Shown one piece after another: positions 11,808 to 24,529 of a stretch of 64,000 nucleotides of DNA; the stretch's first letter is position 1, and each line of letters starts with the position of its first letter. The notes below the pieces were generated by a model. It searched no databases, had not been told where the DNA came from, and worked only from the letters and a program-made list of their open reading frames with translations. Source of the stretch: Camelus dromedarius. Lineage: Eukaryota. The translations under genes were made by a program, and so were the position numbers. The DNA is taken from the NCBI RefSeq assembly GCF_036321535.1, contig NC_087472.1:97280001-97344000 (forward strand). The letters run 5' to 3'.

Positions 11808-13857
11808 ACTAGCTATACTTTCTTATAAGAACCATCGTAACAAAAATTAGTGTCTAGAATTATAATGGTTTTATTTCTTATTTCCTTATTTCTATATACA
11901 AAATACTAGGAATATGAAGAAAACCAAGAAGGAGATCTATACTAGTTTGCAGTCTTCTAACTTTTCTAATGTTTTTGAAGATAAGAATTAAAAATGCAAA
12001 CTATTTATTAGCAGGATGGTCAGATGCAGTTCAGTGGAAAGTACTTAATACCACTTTCACACGATTCTCTTTGAATTAATGAGTATTGAGGAAGTTATGC
12101 ATGGGGGCAAAAGGAGTTGTGTAAGACAGCCAGCAACGAAATGCTTTTTTATGAATTCTCTTCAATGTGTTCGTATATATTTTTCATCAGAAATAGTTCA
12201 GTGATCTCATTCAAGATAAAAATATATTCACTTTTATAACTCTCCAGTACCTAGCACAGTGCCTTCTAAGAATAAACACTCAATAAGTTATTGTTTTTAG
12301 TTTTATTTAAGCAATATCACTTACCGGGTTTATTCCACACACCAGATTTCTCTAGGCTATTGTCACATTGCCAAAAATTCAACAAACTTAATAGTATATT
12401 ACTCCTTTCTCATATTATTTTTCTGGCACCTTAATATATTGCTGATATTAATTAAACATTTTAGCATGGCTTGATTGTGTGAATTTTTGAAAAGAATCTC
12501 TAATTCCATTTGGAAATTTTATTGCAAAAACATTCTTTCAGTTGTCTATCCATCAGTTCAGTGAATGGATATACAAAATCTGAATCTAGAATTTTAATCT
12601 ATAATGTTCACTGTACTATTAATTGACTTAGAAGGAAGGGTCTTGGTTATCATTTTATTTCTTAACAGCTCCACTGAGTTATTTTCCTTAAGGCACAAAA
12701 GACCCCTTTAATCTTTAGATTGCATGCCCTAGAATCAGAAATTCCTTTTATTTGTTTGTTCTATAAATACAACCAAGAACAAACTATGAATTGAACAAGA
12801 AGGCACCTCTGCAGTTTTGGGTTTCAAGGCAGGAGGGGAAGGTTGAGTGGAACAAACATGCTGGTCATGGTTTTGATAGGTTACAGGAAGCCTGCAAGTA
12901 GTCCCAGAGGTTTCCTTTCCTCTACTCCCAAGCTCTTTCCCATTGTTTGCTGGAGTGAGATGATTACGCCTTGCAAGTCAGAAAAACTCCCATGAGGGAA
13001 GCCAAGGTGTCATTTCCTGGGACCAAATGGTCAGTGCTCCCTTTATTTACTCTTCCCCAGAAAGCTGCTTTGGAGGTCATCTGGCAAATGCACTTTTCCT
13101 TTTTAGGTCCAGTCTAAAGGTACTCACAACTGACACTCTGAAAATGGCAAGCCACACATAATTGCCGGTGTGAGTTGCCAATCGATTTTGTGGGTGACCA
13201 GTCAACTTTGATTAGGGTGCAGAGTAAATGCAACCAAACTTACTGGTTGGTTTCTCCTTTGTGGTTACATACTGGATCACCATCAGGCTTGAGTTGTCAG
13301 ACCCAAGGACAAATGCCAATAGAAGGTACAATACCGTATTGCAGGAAAACAGAAGATCTCAGGTGTTCTGATATGTGGGCAGATCATTGTAATAGAGAAT
13401 CTGGAAAGAGAGAAAAATTCAAGAAGGGTACAGGTTTCTAGTCAATTTGCTGAATTTCATGCCAAGAATAGGCATAGTCAGTCGGGTGAGAGTTAGGAAG
13501 ACAACCCCTTAGAGGTCCTGGGATATTAGAATCATCATCAAAACAGGGATGAAGGCAGATGTCCAGTTAACAGATATGGGATATTAATATGGGGACTAAA
13601 ATAAGGTGAATGAAAGAGCTCTAGACTTGATTGCAGTATCACAGCTGAACCTGTCTGCTATAATACTTTTTGCACCCAGGACTTGGGGAACGTCTTAGCC
13701 TTCATATCAGAATCAATGGCTCTTAGCTAAAGATGGAAGAGGGGTGCGACTGTTGGGAATCACATTGGATCTGACAGGTTCTGGTCAGTGGAGCTGCAAA
13801 TGCGGATCCTTAGCAAATATGTACTTAAAAGGAAAATGGATAAGCGTGTGTGTAGTT

Positions 13858-14040
13858 CAGTGATTCTCAAATGTAAACATGCAGCAGATAATCTTGAGGT
13901 CTTGTTAAAATATAGAATGTTGGGCCCCACCGCCATGGTTTCTGATTCATTAGGTGTAGTACCAGAGAATTTGCATTTCTAACCTATTTCCAGGTGATGC
14001 TGATGCCAGTGTTCTATGGACCATGCTTTGACAATCACTG
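13858..14040. mobile_element. hAT-Charlie MITE (MER5A-like), full length
   Basis: TIRs cagtgattctcaaa ... tttgacaatcactg, length about 183 bp, internal gaatttgcatttctaac...ccaggtgatgctgatgc. Confidence 0.85.
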
Positions 14041-14079
14041 GTATAGACTAATGCTATTTTATCATTGAAAGAACAATAG

Positions 14080-15469
14080 AATAATCCTTTCTGGCTTCTG
14101 GTTCATAAAGGCACACCAGGCTCTTGTGTTTTTCCTTCTTCCTTCCTAAGAGGACAGTAAAATGATGGTTTAAAAAAAAAAGCCCCACTTACAGAAGAGA
14201 ATCTCAAATTTCTAGAAGAAAGAAATGTAGGCCATCCAAGAAAGGGGATTTATGGCTGTTTATGGATAAAATAAAATGGGAAACAGCAGGCTAGGAAATG
14301 CAGAAGAGATCTGAATAATTTTCTCAGGTAATCCTTGGAGAGCTCCAGGCTCAAAGTTAGCAGCAACAATGGAAAATGGAAGTTGGAAGGGTAATTAAAA
14401 ATGCAGGAGGACTGTGAAGGAGGTGATTATATGAAACATTACAGAATAATTGGCTCCCCATAATCCAGTACCCTACCCTCTCAGTGCTCAGTTGGCAGAG
14501 GGTAGGTCACCCAGCATTTTTCTCTCAGACAAAAATGAAAACAAACCGAACAAAAACATATGAACAACCCATAAAAACTTGAAAGGCTTTTATTTAAGGA
14601 AAATGAATAAATTCCCTGGGAGGAAACGGGACTACTGTAGTAGGTGCTGATATCCTCATTCTTGAATTTGGGGGCTTATAAAATGAAGTCTGCCAATTAA
14701 TAAGCCCCAACTATGTACAAAGAGTTATTTATCCAAGAAGTCTAGCAAGGTAAGATCTATATGTAGACCAGCAACTGATTTTAATTATGAAAATGTAATC
14801 AAAGATCACCAGGCACTTAACAAAAACAGCAACAGATATAAAAGACTAATGACCCTAGAAGAAAGATTCTGTTCTGGAAAACAGATTAAGACAATGGAAT
14901 CTCTAGTTGGTATCTTCAGAGCAATGAGAAGATACTGACTATAAACAAAAGCAGAAAAATATGAAAAAGAAAAGAAAATTAAACAGTGAGCTCTTGGAAA
15001 TTAAACATTATTTCCAACATGTAATTTTGAATTAAAGTATTAGAACATGAAGTCACGGAGAACTCTGAGAATACAGAGAAAATTTGTAGAAAATATGAGT
15101 GAACACAGAGGATCCATCTGAAAGGACTAGCATCTGATTTGTTATAGAAAGAGTTCTAGAAAGATAATGGAAAATAAAGGGGAAGAAATAATCAAAGATA
15201 CACTAGAAGTACATTTCCTAAAGCTGAAAAAAGAAATGTTTATCATACTGAAAGAATCCAATGAATTATGGAGTAAAGGAGAAGAAAAAGACAGATAAAA
15301 ATGTTACATAATGTCAGGGCAGAGCTGATAAAAGAAGATCATAAAAGCTTTGAGGATGGGGGCAAGAGTTTACCTGCAAAAAATTATAGAATCAGATTTG
15401 CATCAGATTTCTCTTTAGCAATCTAGAAGATAAGAGACAATGAAGGGAGGAATCAAAGAGAAAATCATT
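14080..15469 (+). mobile_element. Ancient L1M/L1ME 5' region and ORF1 remnant (continues at 18563-18720)
   Basis: A-rich degenerate ORF1 motifs gaagaaataatcaaag...catttcctaaagctgaa and agaatcagatttgcatcagatttctctttagcaa, resuming after the young L1 as gatttgaaacttagaat...catacc. Confidence 0.6.
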
Positions 15470-15948
15470 CAATTAAAAAAAATCTACCATTTAAAAAAAT
15501 TGAAGTATAGTCAGTTTACAGTATGTTAATTTTGGGTGTGTAACATAATGTTTCAGTCATACCTATACATACATATATTTCTTTTCATATTCTTTTTCAT
15601 TATCGGTTACTACAAGATACTGAATATAGTTCCCTGTGCTATGCAGAAGAAACTTGTTGTTTATTTTATATTCAGTAGTTAGTATCTGCAAACCCCATAT
15701 TTCCAATTTATCCCTTCCCATCCCCTTTCTCCCCTGATAACTATCAGTTTGTTCTGTATGTCTCTGAGTCTGTTCCTGTTTTGTAAATAAGTTCATTTGT
15801 GTCTTTTTAAAAAAAGATTCCACATATAAGTCATGTCATGTGATCTTTCTCTTTCTGGCTTACTTCACTTAAAATGATGATCACTAAGTCTATCCATGTT
15901 GCTGGAAATGGCATTATTTTATAATTTTTTATGGCTGAGTAGTATTCC

Positions 15949-15950
<2 letters not shown>

Positions 15951-15998
<48 letters not shown>
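15951..15998. repeat. (TG)24 microsatellite inside L1
   Basis: Perfect TG run seen directly. Confidence 0.95.
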
Positions 15999-16002
<4 letters not shown>

Positions 16003-17628
16003 CATCATCTTTATCCAGTCATCTGTTGATGGACAGTTAGGTTGCTACCACATCTTGGCCATTGTGAATAGTGCTGCTGTGAACATTGGGGTGCATGGGT
16101 CTTTTTGAATTAGAGTTTCCTCCAGATTTATGCCCAGGAATGGGATTGCTGGATCATATGGTAAGTCTGTTTTTAGTTTTTTTTTTAAGAAACCTCCATA
16201 CTGTTTTCAATAGTGGCTGCACCAAACTACACTCCCACCAACAGTGTAGAATGGTTCCTTTTTCTCCACACTCTATCCAGCATTTATTATTTGCAGACTT
16301 ACTAATCATGGTCATTCTGACTGGTGTGAGATGATACCTCATTGTAGTTTTGATTTGCCTTTCTCTATTAATTAGCAATGTTGAGCATTTTTTTTCATAT
16401 ATCTGTTGGCAAATCTGCATGTCCTCTTTAAAATACCTATTTAGGTTTTTTTTTGCCCATTTTTTGATTGGGTTGCTTGTTTTTTGATATTAAACTGTAT
16501 GAGCTACTTGTATATTTTGGAAATTAGTTCCTTGTCAGTCACATCATTTGTAAATATTTTCTCCCATTCTGTAGGTTGTCTTTTCATTTTGTTTATGGTA
16601 TCCTTAGATGTGCAAAAGCTTTTAAGTTTAATTAGGTTCTGTTTGTTTATTTTAGCTTTTATTTCCATTACTCTAGGAGCTGGTTCAAAAAAAGTATTGC
16701 TGCAATTTATGTCAAAGAGTGTCTGCCTGTGTTTTCCTCTAGGAGTTTTACAGTATCTGTCTGCTCTTACATTTAGGTCTTTAATCCATTTTGAGTTTAC
16801 TTTTGTGTATGGTGTTAGAGAATGTTCTAATCTCACTCTTTTACATGTAGCTGTCTGGTTTTCCCAGCTGTCCAGTTTTCCCAGTACCATGTATTGAAGA
16901 GACTGTCTTTTCTCCATTGTGTATTCTTGACTACTTTGTTGCAGATTAATTGACCATAAGTGCATAGGTTTATTTCTGGACTTTCTATCCTGTTCCATTG
17001 ATCTGTGTGTCTGTTATTGTGCCAGTACCATACTGTTTTGATTTCTGTAGCTTTATAGTATAGTCTGAAGTCAGGGAATGTGACTCCCCCAGCTCTGTTC
17101 TTCTTTCTCCAGATCATTTTGGCTATTTGGGGGTGTTTTGTGTTTCCATACAAATTTGAAATATTTTTGTTCTACTTCTGTGGAAAATGCCATTGGTAAT
17201 TTGATAGGGATTGCGTTGAATCTGTATATTGCCTTGGGTAGTATGGTCATTTTAACAGTATTGATTCTTCCAATTCAAGAACACAGTATATCTTGCCATT
17301 TGTGTCATCTTCAATTTCTTTCATCAGTGTCTTATAGTTTTCAGAGTACAGGCCCTTTGCCTCCTTAGGTAGGTTTATTCCTAGATATTTTATTCTTTTG
17401 ATGCGATGGTAAATGGGATTGTTTTCTTAATTTATTTTTCTGCTATTTTGTTGTTAGTGTATAGAAATGCAACTAATTTCTGTATACTAATTTTATATCC
17501 TGCAACTTTACGAAATTCATTAATGAGCTCTAATAGTTTTCTGGTAGCCCCTTTAGGATTTTCTATGTATAGTATCATGTCATCCACAAACAATGACAGT
17601 TTTACTTCTTTTCCATTTGGATTTCTTT

Positions 17629-17771
17629 GTTTGGTTTTTAATTTTTGGAGGAGAGGTGATTAGGCTTATTAATTAATTAATTTATTTATTTTTAATAGAG
17701 GTACTGGGGATTGAACCCAGGACCTTGTGCATGCTCGGTGTGCACTTTACCACTGAGCTATACCCTTCCCC
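17629..17771 (-). mobile_element. Vic-1-like tRNA-derived SINE inserted into the L1
   Basis: Reverse complement reads GGGGAAGGGTATAGCTCAGTGGTAAAGTGCACACCGAGCATGCACAAGGTCCTGGGTTCAATCCCCAGTACCTC. Exact 14-bp TSD atttggatttcttt at 17615-17628 and 17775-17788. Confidence 0.92.
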
Positions 17772-18004
17772 CCAATTTGGATTTCTTTTATTTTTTATTC
17801 TTCTTTGATTGCCATTGCTAGGACTTCCAAGACTATGTTGAATAAAAGTGTCAAGAGTGGGCATTCTTGTCTTGTTCCTGATCTTAGAGAAAATGCTTTC
17901 AGCTTTTCACCACTGAGTATGATGTTAGCTGTGGGTTTTTCATACATGGCCTTTATTATGTTGACATATGTTCTGTCTATGCCTACTTTCTGGAGAGTTT
18001 TTAT

Positions 18005-18562
18005 GGAAGAAATAGAAAATATGAATAGATCAATTACTGCTACTGAAATCAAATCAGTAATTTAAAAACTCCTAACAAACAAAAGTCCAAGATCAGACGG
18101 CTTCACAGGCAAATTCTACCATACATTTAGAGAAGAGTTAACACCTATCCTTCTGAAATTACTCCTAAAAATTGCAGAGGAAGGAACACTTCCAAACTCA
18201 TTCTATGAGGCCACCATCACCCTGATACCAAAACCAAAGATATCACGAAAAAAGAAAATTACAGGTCTATATTACTTATGAATATAGATACAAAAATTCT
18301 CAAGAAAATACTAGCACATTGACTCCAACAATGCCTTAAAAGGATCCTACACCATGATCAAGTGGGATTCATCCCAGGGATGCAAGGATTTTTCACTATC
18401 TGCAAATCAAACAGTGTGATACACCACATTAACAAATTGAAGAATAAAACTATATATTCATCTCAGTAGATGCAGAGAAAGCTTTTGATAAAATTCAACA
18501 TCCATTTTTGATAAAAACTCTCCAGAAAGTGGGCACAGAGGGAACATATAATACAACATAAT
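18005..18562 (+). mobile_element. Inverted 5' segment of the same L1 (ORF2 pre-RT/RT region)
   Basis: [32 protein letters not shown] and caccatgatcaagtgggattcatcccagggatgcaagg ([13 protein letters not shown]) on the + strand, abutting the - strand piece at 18004/18005. Confidence 0.9.
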
Positions 18563-19779
18563 AGAAAAAACGATTTGAAACTTAGAATGGCATACCAAGA
18601 TGACTAAATTTAATACTACCCAAAATTGGAAGGAGGGTCGAGTGAAATAAATAAAGTGTGTAGATTTGGGAAGGTAACTACTGGAAAAAATTAAAAATAA
18701 AGTCTATTACAAATATTTTGCTTCTGAAGAGTGGGACTGATACATATGTGTAGCAGTGGGTACAAGGAATTGTTTCTCACAATAGATCCATCTGATTACT
18801 TTATTTTTTTTACGAAGTATACATATTATTTTTCCAAAATCAAAAAGGAATAAACAAAATTCAAAATTCTTTTGCCACTGAAAAGGGACTGCAGCTTTAA
18901 GATAACATGCATGATGAACACACATTTTTTATTATGAATTCTTCCATTAAGGAAACATTGGCTGAAAAAGCTTCCTGTTTTAGAAAAATATCTTAAGAAT
19001 TACAGTGCAGAACTAGCTGTTTATATCAGCAGCAACAGCCCTTTCCCCACTTCTTTTAAGCCCATCTGCTTAGCAATATAGGAAACCTGGAGTCAGATTA
19101 AAGAGAGGTACTTTCTTTTCTACCTGTAATAAGTGGGCTCAAGGCTTAGTATAATTTTGAAAACTCATGAACTATGCAAATACAGATGGAAAACATTCTA
19201 ACAGACATTACCAATACTTAAAAGGAAACCAGAAATCAATGAATTAGCTTTTTATATGCCTAAATAAAGGACTGCTTCACCATAGGATCAAATTGTATAT
19301 ACCCTGAAAAATGGAGCATATTGGTCAGTAACTAGTGTAGCTTCAGAACAAGTAAGCACTCACAAATCTAAATTCTTTCTGTGGCAGAGAGTTGGCTTGG
19401 TAAATGAAAGAGAGGCAAAAAGAGTAGTTTCAGCTGTCTGAATGAAAGCTTATAGGAATGGAGGTGACCATGTGTATGCTAGATGAGTATGAACTGGCAC
19501 TCACTATCCTGAAGAATGTAATTCAGATAGGGAGTTATTAATGCTCTGCTGTCCCCTAGAAGAATTGTTAAGTGAGATCCTTTAATTGTTAAGTTTGGGG
19601 ATAAGTTATTTGATATACTCACCTGTGACTTGTGATAGAACAGAGAATGTTTCTTAAAAGGGCAATGGAAAATAAGCTGAGTGGGAGGGTGAGAGTGAGC
19701 AGAAACATTTGACAAAGTCTATAGGTAACTATATACATTGGCCAGTTCTGTCCCCACTAGTTCTGACCAGTTTGGCTCC

Positions 19780-20330
19780 ATTAGATTACTTACATATTAA
19801 ATGGATGACTGTAATAATGGTTGAGTTGGCACATTTAGACATAAAGATTAGAATTTAAAGTGAAGCTGATACAATGGAGAAGTTGGAGGAAAGGATGACC
19901 AGGGAAGAAATAAAATAGGCCCATAGAGAGAGAGAAGGGAGCTTCTCTCTAGATACAAGAAAATCTGAAAATAATATCTGGGTTGTAACAAGTAATAAGC
20001 TGATGTAATATTGGGAGATATCCTTCGATTAAAGTGTGCTTAGTTGAGTGATATGCAGTTTATTACTTATACAGCATAAAGGATGGGGAGAACATTGATA
20101 GGGTTTATATTAAACAAATAAACTTGACCTATGAGGAGAGAATGAAGAAAGTGAAATTTTTCAGAAGAAAGTGAAATTTTTCAGAATAAAGGGGACAACA
20201 CCTGATGAGGATTTATTAATGGTCTTTAGGAATATAACAGAATCTTCTATAGAACATGGGCCTTCTTTGCTACTGAGGAAAAGACAGTAGGAAATACACA
20301 GTTAAGATCTAGGAAGAAGCTCTGCTATTA
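19780..20330 (+). mobile_element. Ancient CR1/L3 LINE 3' fragment
   Basis: tgacctatgaggagagaatgaagaaagtgaaatttttcag and agttaagatctaggaagaagctctg resemble the L3 3' region. Confidence 0.4.
20144..20186. repeat. Perfect 20-bp tandem duplication
   Basis: gaagaaagtgaaatttttca x2 plus gaa. Confidence 0.95.
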
Positions 20331-20461
20331 TTACTAACAGAATGGCCAGCAGTTGAGCCTCTTCTGATGTTTAAACCACATGGCAGACGTCATTCTCAAC
20401 AGTAATCAAATTAATTCAGGGTTGCCAGAGAATAAATTGGTAATTTTCAGTTTGCAATTCT

Positions 20462-20769
20462 TGTATTAGTCAGAGAATGAGAGAAAAAAATATATTTAGA
20501 GAGAGATTGATTATAAGGAAGGAATTGTATTACATGATTATGGAAGCTGACAAGTCCCAAGATGCACAGTTGGCAAGAAGAGTTGATAATATTGTTCAAT
20601 CTGAGTGCTGGCAGACTGGAGACCCAGAAAGAAATGTTTCAGTTTGAGTCCAAGGGCAGGAGAGAATCGGCCTTCTGGCTCTGAGCAGTCAGACAGGAGG
20701 AGTTCCCTCTTACTCAGCCTTTTTGCTCTATCAAATCTTCAGTTGATTGGTTGAGGCCCACCCACATTA
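20462..20769 (-). mobile_element. ERVL LTR (MLT2B-like), truncated
   Basis: tgtattagtcag...catgattatggaagctgacaagtcccaagat...tgattggttgaggcccacccacatt. Confidence 0.8.
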
Positions 20770-20799
20770 GTGATATTTCCTGACTACTCAGATGCAAAA

Positions 20800-22290
20800 T
20801 TAAGACAGGGCAAGTATTGAGAATAGCAATTGATATTTCTATTAGGAAGTATTGGAATAATTGAATTAAAATGCATACAGTGATGCTCCATAAAAATATT
20901 TCATGAAATGTAAACCTTGAGACAAATGTTAGTGGATATAATGATGTTAGAAAACTAGATCAAATTATATTCTGACTCAGTCTAAGGATTCTGAAGTCAT
21001 CTGCAGAAACAGATTAATACAAAGAGCAAGTCAATAAAAACATAAAAAATGAACACAGAGTGATAGAGAATGATATAAAAATCAATCATAACATTAAATG
21101 TGAACAAGAAAGGTCAACAGCTATATTAAAATATTGAATCAAAACAAGACCTATAAAACTAATACACATTTACAGACAAATAACTGGATCATCTTAGGTC
21201 TCTTCTATTAATGCAGACTATGAGACTAGTTATTTTGATATTAGAGAAAGTAAATTTTACAAGCAAATTGATTATCACAATAAAGGATAAATTAAGCCAC
21301 TGAAACCTGAATATTGAATTCATGTATAAAAACTATGGTATCCCAAACACCTAAAAAAAGAAGGTAAAATTAAAAACCTGGCTCCTATATGTACAGAATT
21401 CTGATTGTTATCAGAGTTCTGTCCTGCTCACATTTTACTTCCCTCTTTGACTTGTATATTTTTCAGCCACTGTCCTGTCACTTGACGTTACACCCACAAT
21501 TGTTTTCTATGTTTGCTATTAGAATAGGACAAACTTAGAAAATAAAGACTCAAACTAGGAATTACTTTATTCAACAGTACAAAAAAGAAGAAAAAGAAGA
21601 AAACTTTGTCTTATGGAATAGAAAAATGTATTTTTTAAGCTTACATAACTTGTATTATGGAAAATAATTACAGGTGTGGCCACAAAGATACTAAGATAAT
21701 CTACCACATTTTAAGATAGGTAAAAATTTTAAATGTCGTAAAACGGGGCACCCACATACAAATAGAGTACTCTATAAATAATTTCTGGATTAGGAAGGAA
21801 GTCTAGTACAATACTAGCAATAAAAAATGAAAATGTAACATCAAAATTAATGTGTTTCAGCCAAAACAATAAGTAGAGTTAAATTCCTTTCTCTGTGAAT
21901 ATGCATATTAGTTAAAAAAACTCCAAAACATGAATTTAGACTAAAACACATAAGAATAAAAGTGAGTAAAAAATAGAAAGGGAAAATTCACACTGAATAA
22001 AAGAAAAAATTATGAAAGGATTGATAACCAGTAGATACTTTACATCCAAAATTGGCAAAATGTATACATCATTGGCTCAATTTTATTAAAAACATAATTT
22101 GATAATATAAAAATAGTGTAATACTAGTATAATGCCATAGACAATAACTGAAGAATGTGTCAAAGATCTACCCCTAAAATAGCTACCAGATCCATATACT
22201 TTCCATATTACAGAAACTGTTTCAACATACATCAGAAAGATAAAAATAATGATAATGCCATTCACTGAGGTATGAAGTAAAACAAAGAGC
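20800..22290 (+). mobile_element. Ancient L1M ORF2 remnant (endonuclease side)
   Basis: Very A-rich, with degenerate L1 motifs such as aatgtaacatcaaaattaatgtgtttcagccaaaacaataagtagag and ctaccagatccatatactttcc. Confidence 0.5.
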
Positions 22291-22855
22291 AAAAAGTTGG
22301 GGAGTGAGAGATGAATTCAGTTTTTAATATACTGAGCTTGCAAAGTCTCATTGACTTTCTGTTTGGGGGTGTCTAGTGAGATATTGGCTATTCATTCATT
22401 TGTACATAAACTTTTTGAATGCCTCTTTGTCAGGTGCTTAATGCAAAATGGTCTGCAACCTCAAAATTATTATGTAAATAAAGGAGACAAAGAATTGACA
22501 GCTACAAACAATGTATTGCTATAAATGCTAAAAATACAGGTCTGCAGCTTATAGTGAGTAGTGGGGGAACCTTGAAGAGTGATATTGGGGCTAATTCATC
22601 TGGCTTTAGAAATGGTCTTGACATCTGTTAATCTATTAGTTAGTCTAAAAAGCTTAAAGCCTAAAGAAGCTTTGGTATGAGTCTGATTTAAATGCCCAAA
22701 TTAACCAGTCTATTAAGGAGGACAGAGGACACTATAGTTGCTCTGTTTGTCCTGACTTTAGCAGATCTTTGGCTTTGAGCTAAGGGACCTAAGATGGGGT
22801 CTAACCCTGGAAAGAGAATAATCACAGCTAAGAAAATTACAAAAAAAACTTCTAT

Positions 22856-23314
22856 TGTCTTAGTTTAGATTCTCCCAAAGCAGACCCGGAGTTAAGGCTA
22901 CGTGTGCAAGCAGTTTATTTGGGAGGTGATCCCAAGAAGTATGATGAGAGACTGAGGAAATGACGGGAAGGAGAAATTCAATAAAATGGAAAGCCTGTGG
23001 TCAACTAGGCTCAGACTCTGGTGGGGCGGGGTGCTCTGTGAGACTCGAGACTTGGGATCATGCTTCAGAATTAATGGTCCCACTGAGGGGTGAGGAAGCT
23101 GGGATATTTATCCAGCAGCCGTCATCCCTCATTGGTTTAGGAATATTTTGTAATGCTACACTTTCGGACTGTCCCAGGAGGAGGTGCAGCAGACTCCCAC
23201 AGCCAGAGAATCCCTGCAGGCAGATACAAAGGAAGCAGTTTTTATAGGAAATCACTGTAGAAGATCTCCAGGATAGGCTCTGGGGCTGTATGTTGGGCAC
23301 TGACAGTTTCTGCA
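22856..23314 (-). mobile_element. ERVL solo LTR (LTR16-like)
   Basis: tgtcttagtttagattctcccaaagcagacccggag...gcaagcagtttatttgggaggtgatcccaagaag...gggcactgacagtttctgca. Same family as the LTRs at 3153 and 57647. Confidence 0.75.
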
Positions 23315-24529
23315 AGGCCTAAAAAAGATCTCCCGTCCTGGATAATGCTCCTGTTGCATAAAGGAGAGATTCCAGAGACAGAAATCATGCCAGAATCTCT
23401 GTTCTATGAATGGTGAAGACAATGGTGGTGGTAAGATTGAGTTTCAAAGAAAGCTGAAGTTTACTTAGTGGGTGAGCCACAAGCATTTGTTTTAAGCACT
23501 GTTCATACCAGACTTATGTCAGCAAGACAAATAGCCTTCTCCAGCCTTCAAGGGCCTGAGTCTCCTGACTCAGTGGACTATAACTGAATGAAGGCCAGAA
23601 ATATAATTGGTTTGCCTTTGAATTTTCAGTGCCAAGTCAGTGCCTGACACATGCGCAGACACTTAATATGTGTTTGTTGAACTGAATTGGTTACTGTCAT
23701 CTTGGTTAGGAAGCAGATGGGGTTATATCTGCAGAAAGGAACTGGGAAAAACCCATGATGACACATTTTACTTATGACTACCTACAGGGCTAAATTGTCA
23801 GTCAGATTCATGTGAGGCAGAAGTCTTACCTGGAACTATGATTTGCTAATGATTAGCAAAGGATGTATGAAAAGAGCCTCAGCAAACACCACATTAATAT
23901 CTGGGGTGCCCAAATCTATTAGCTGCAGCTTCCTAGTCCCTTTTCCATGTCAGAGTATGTTTGTGGTAGGAATAATGAGGAATAACAGTGAGTGGTAGAA
24001 GTCAGCCCAGGAAATCCACTTAGTTTGGGGATCTCATTTTTAGATCTTGCTAGCCATATAGCCAAAATTTACAATAAACAGTCCAAACAGATCATGTATA
24101 CCCAGGGCAAAGGACTCCTTAGATAAGTACTAGAAGAATTTATCTTCTAGCAAGTAAATTACATCAGTATATTTATAAAGAAGTATGGTTGAGATCAAAA
24201 TGGATGTACGTATCCCCCAAGGAGGAAGGAATCAAGTTATAGACCCATTGTGAATCCTTCTTCCTTACCATGGATCCAGAATTCTTCAATACAATTTTAG
24301 AATATAGAATATGTCATAGAGTAATTTTAGAATTAGAATAATCTTCCATTTGAGCTAAGTAGTTACCATCCTAGTGAAAATTAAGCTTGATGAGAGCAAG
24401 GACTTCATCTGCTTTGTTCGCCAGTGCATGTCTACCAGTGCTGACAACAGAGCTTAACAAAATTTGTTGAATGAATACATGAATGAACCCAGGCATTCTT
24501 TATGGTTTATCTTTATAGTTTATGATGTA

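Larger units (their letters stand above)
15470..18004 (-). mobile_element. Younger, probably camelid-lineage LINE-1: 3' UTR and C-terminal ORF2 (non-inverted part), frameshifted
   Basis: ORF2 peptides [50 protein letters not shown] (17795..18052), [37 protein letters not shown] and RYHLTPVRM...[12 protein letters not shown]. The 3' end reads ttgaagtatagtcagtttaca. Confidence 0.95.

Noticed and set aside
14316..14334. Recursive splice site (ttttctcag|gtaatc)
   Set aside because: Weak regenerated donor, inside an old L1 remnant.
15563..18562. Cluster of ORFs with RT/ORF2 motifs as an active retroelement or novel RT system
   Set aside because: Ordinary LINE-1 ORF2, fragmented by frameshifts, stops, a SINE insertion and an inversion; no ORF1 or promoter of its own.
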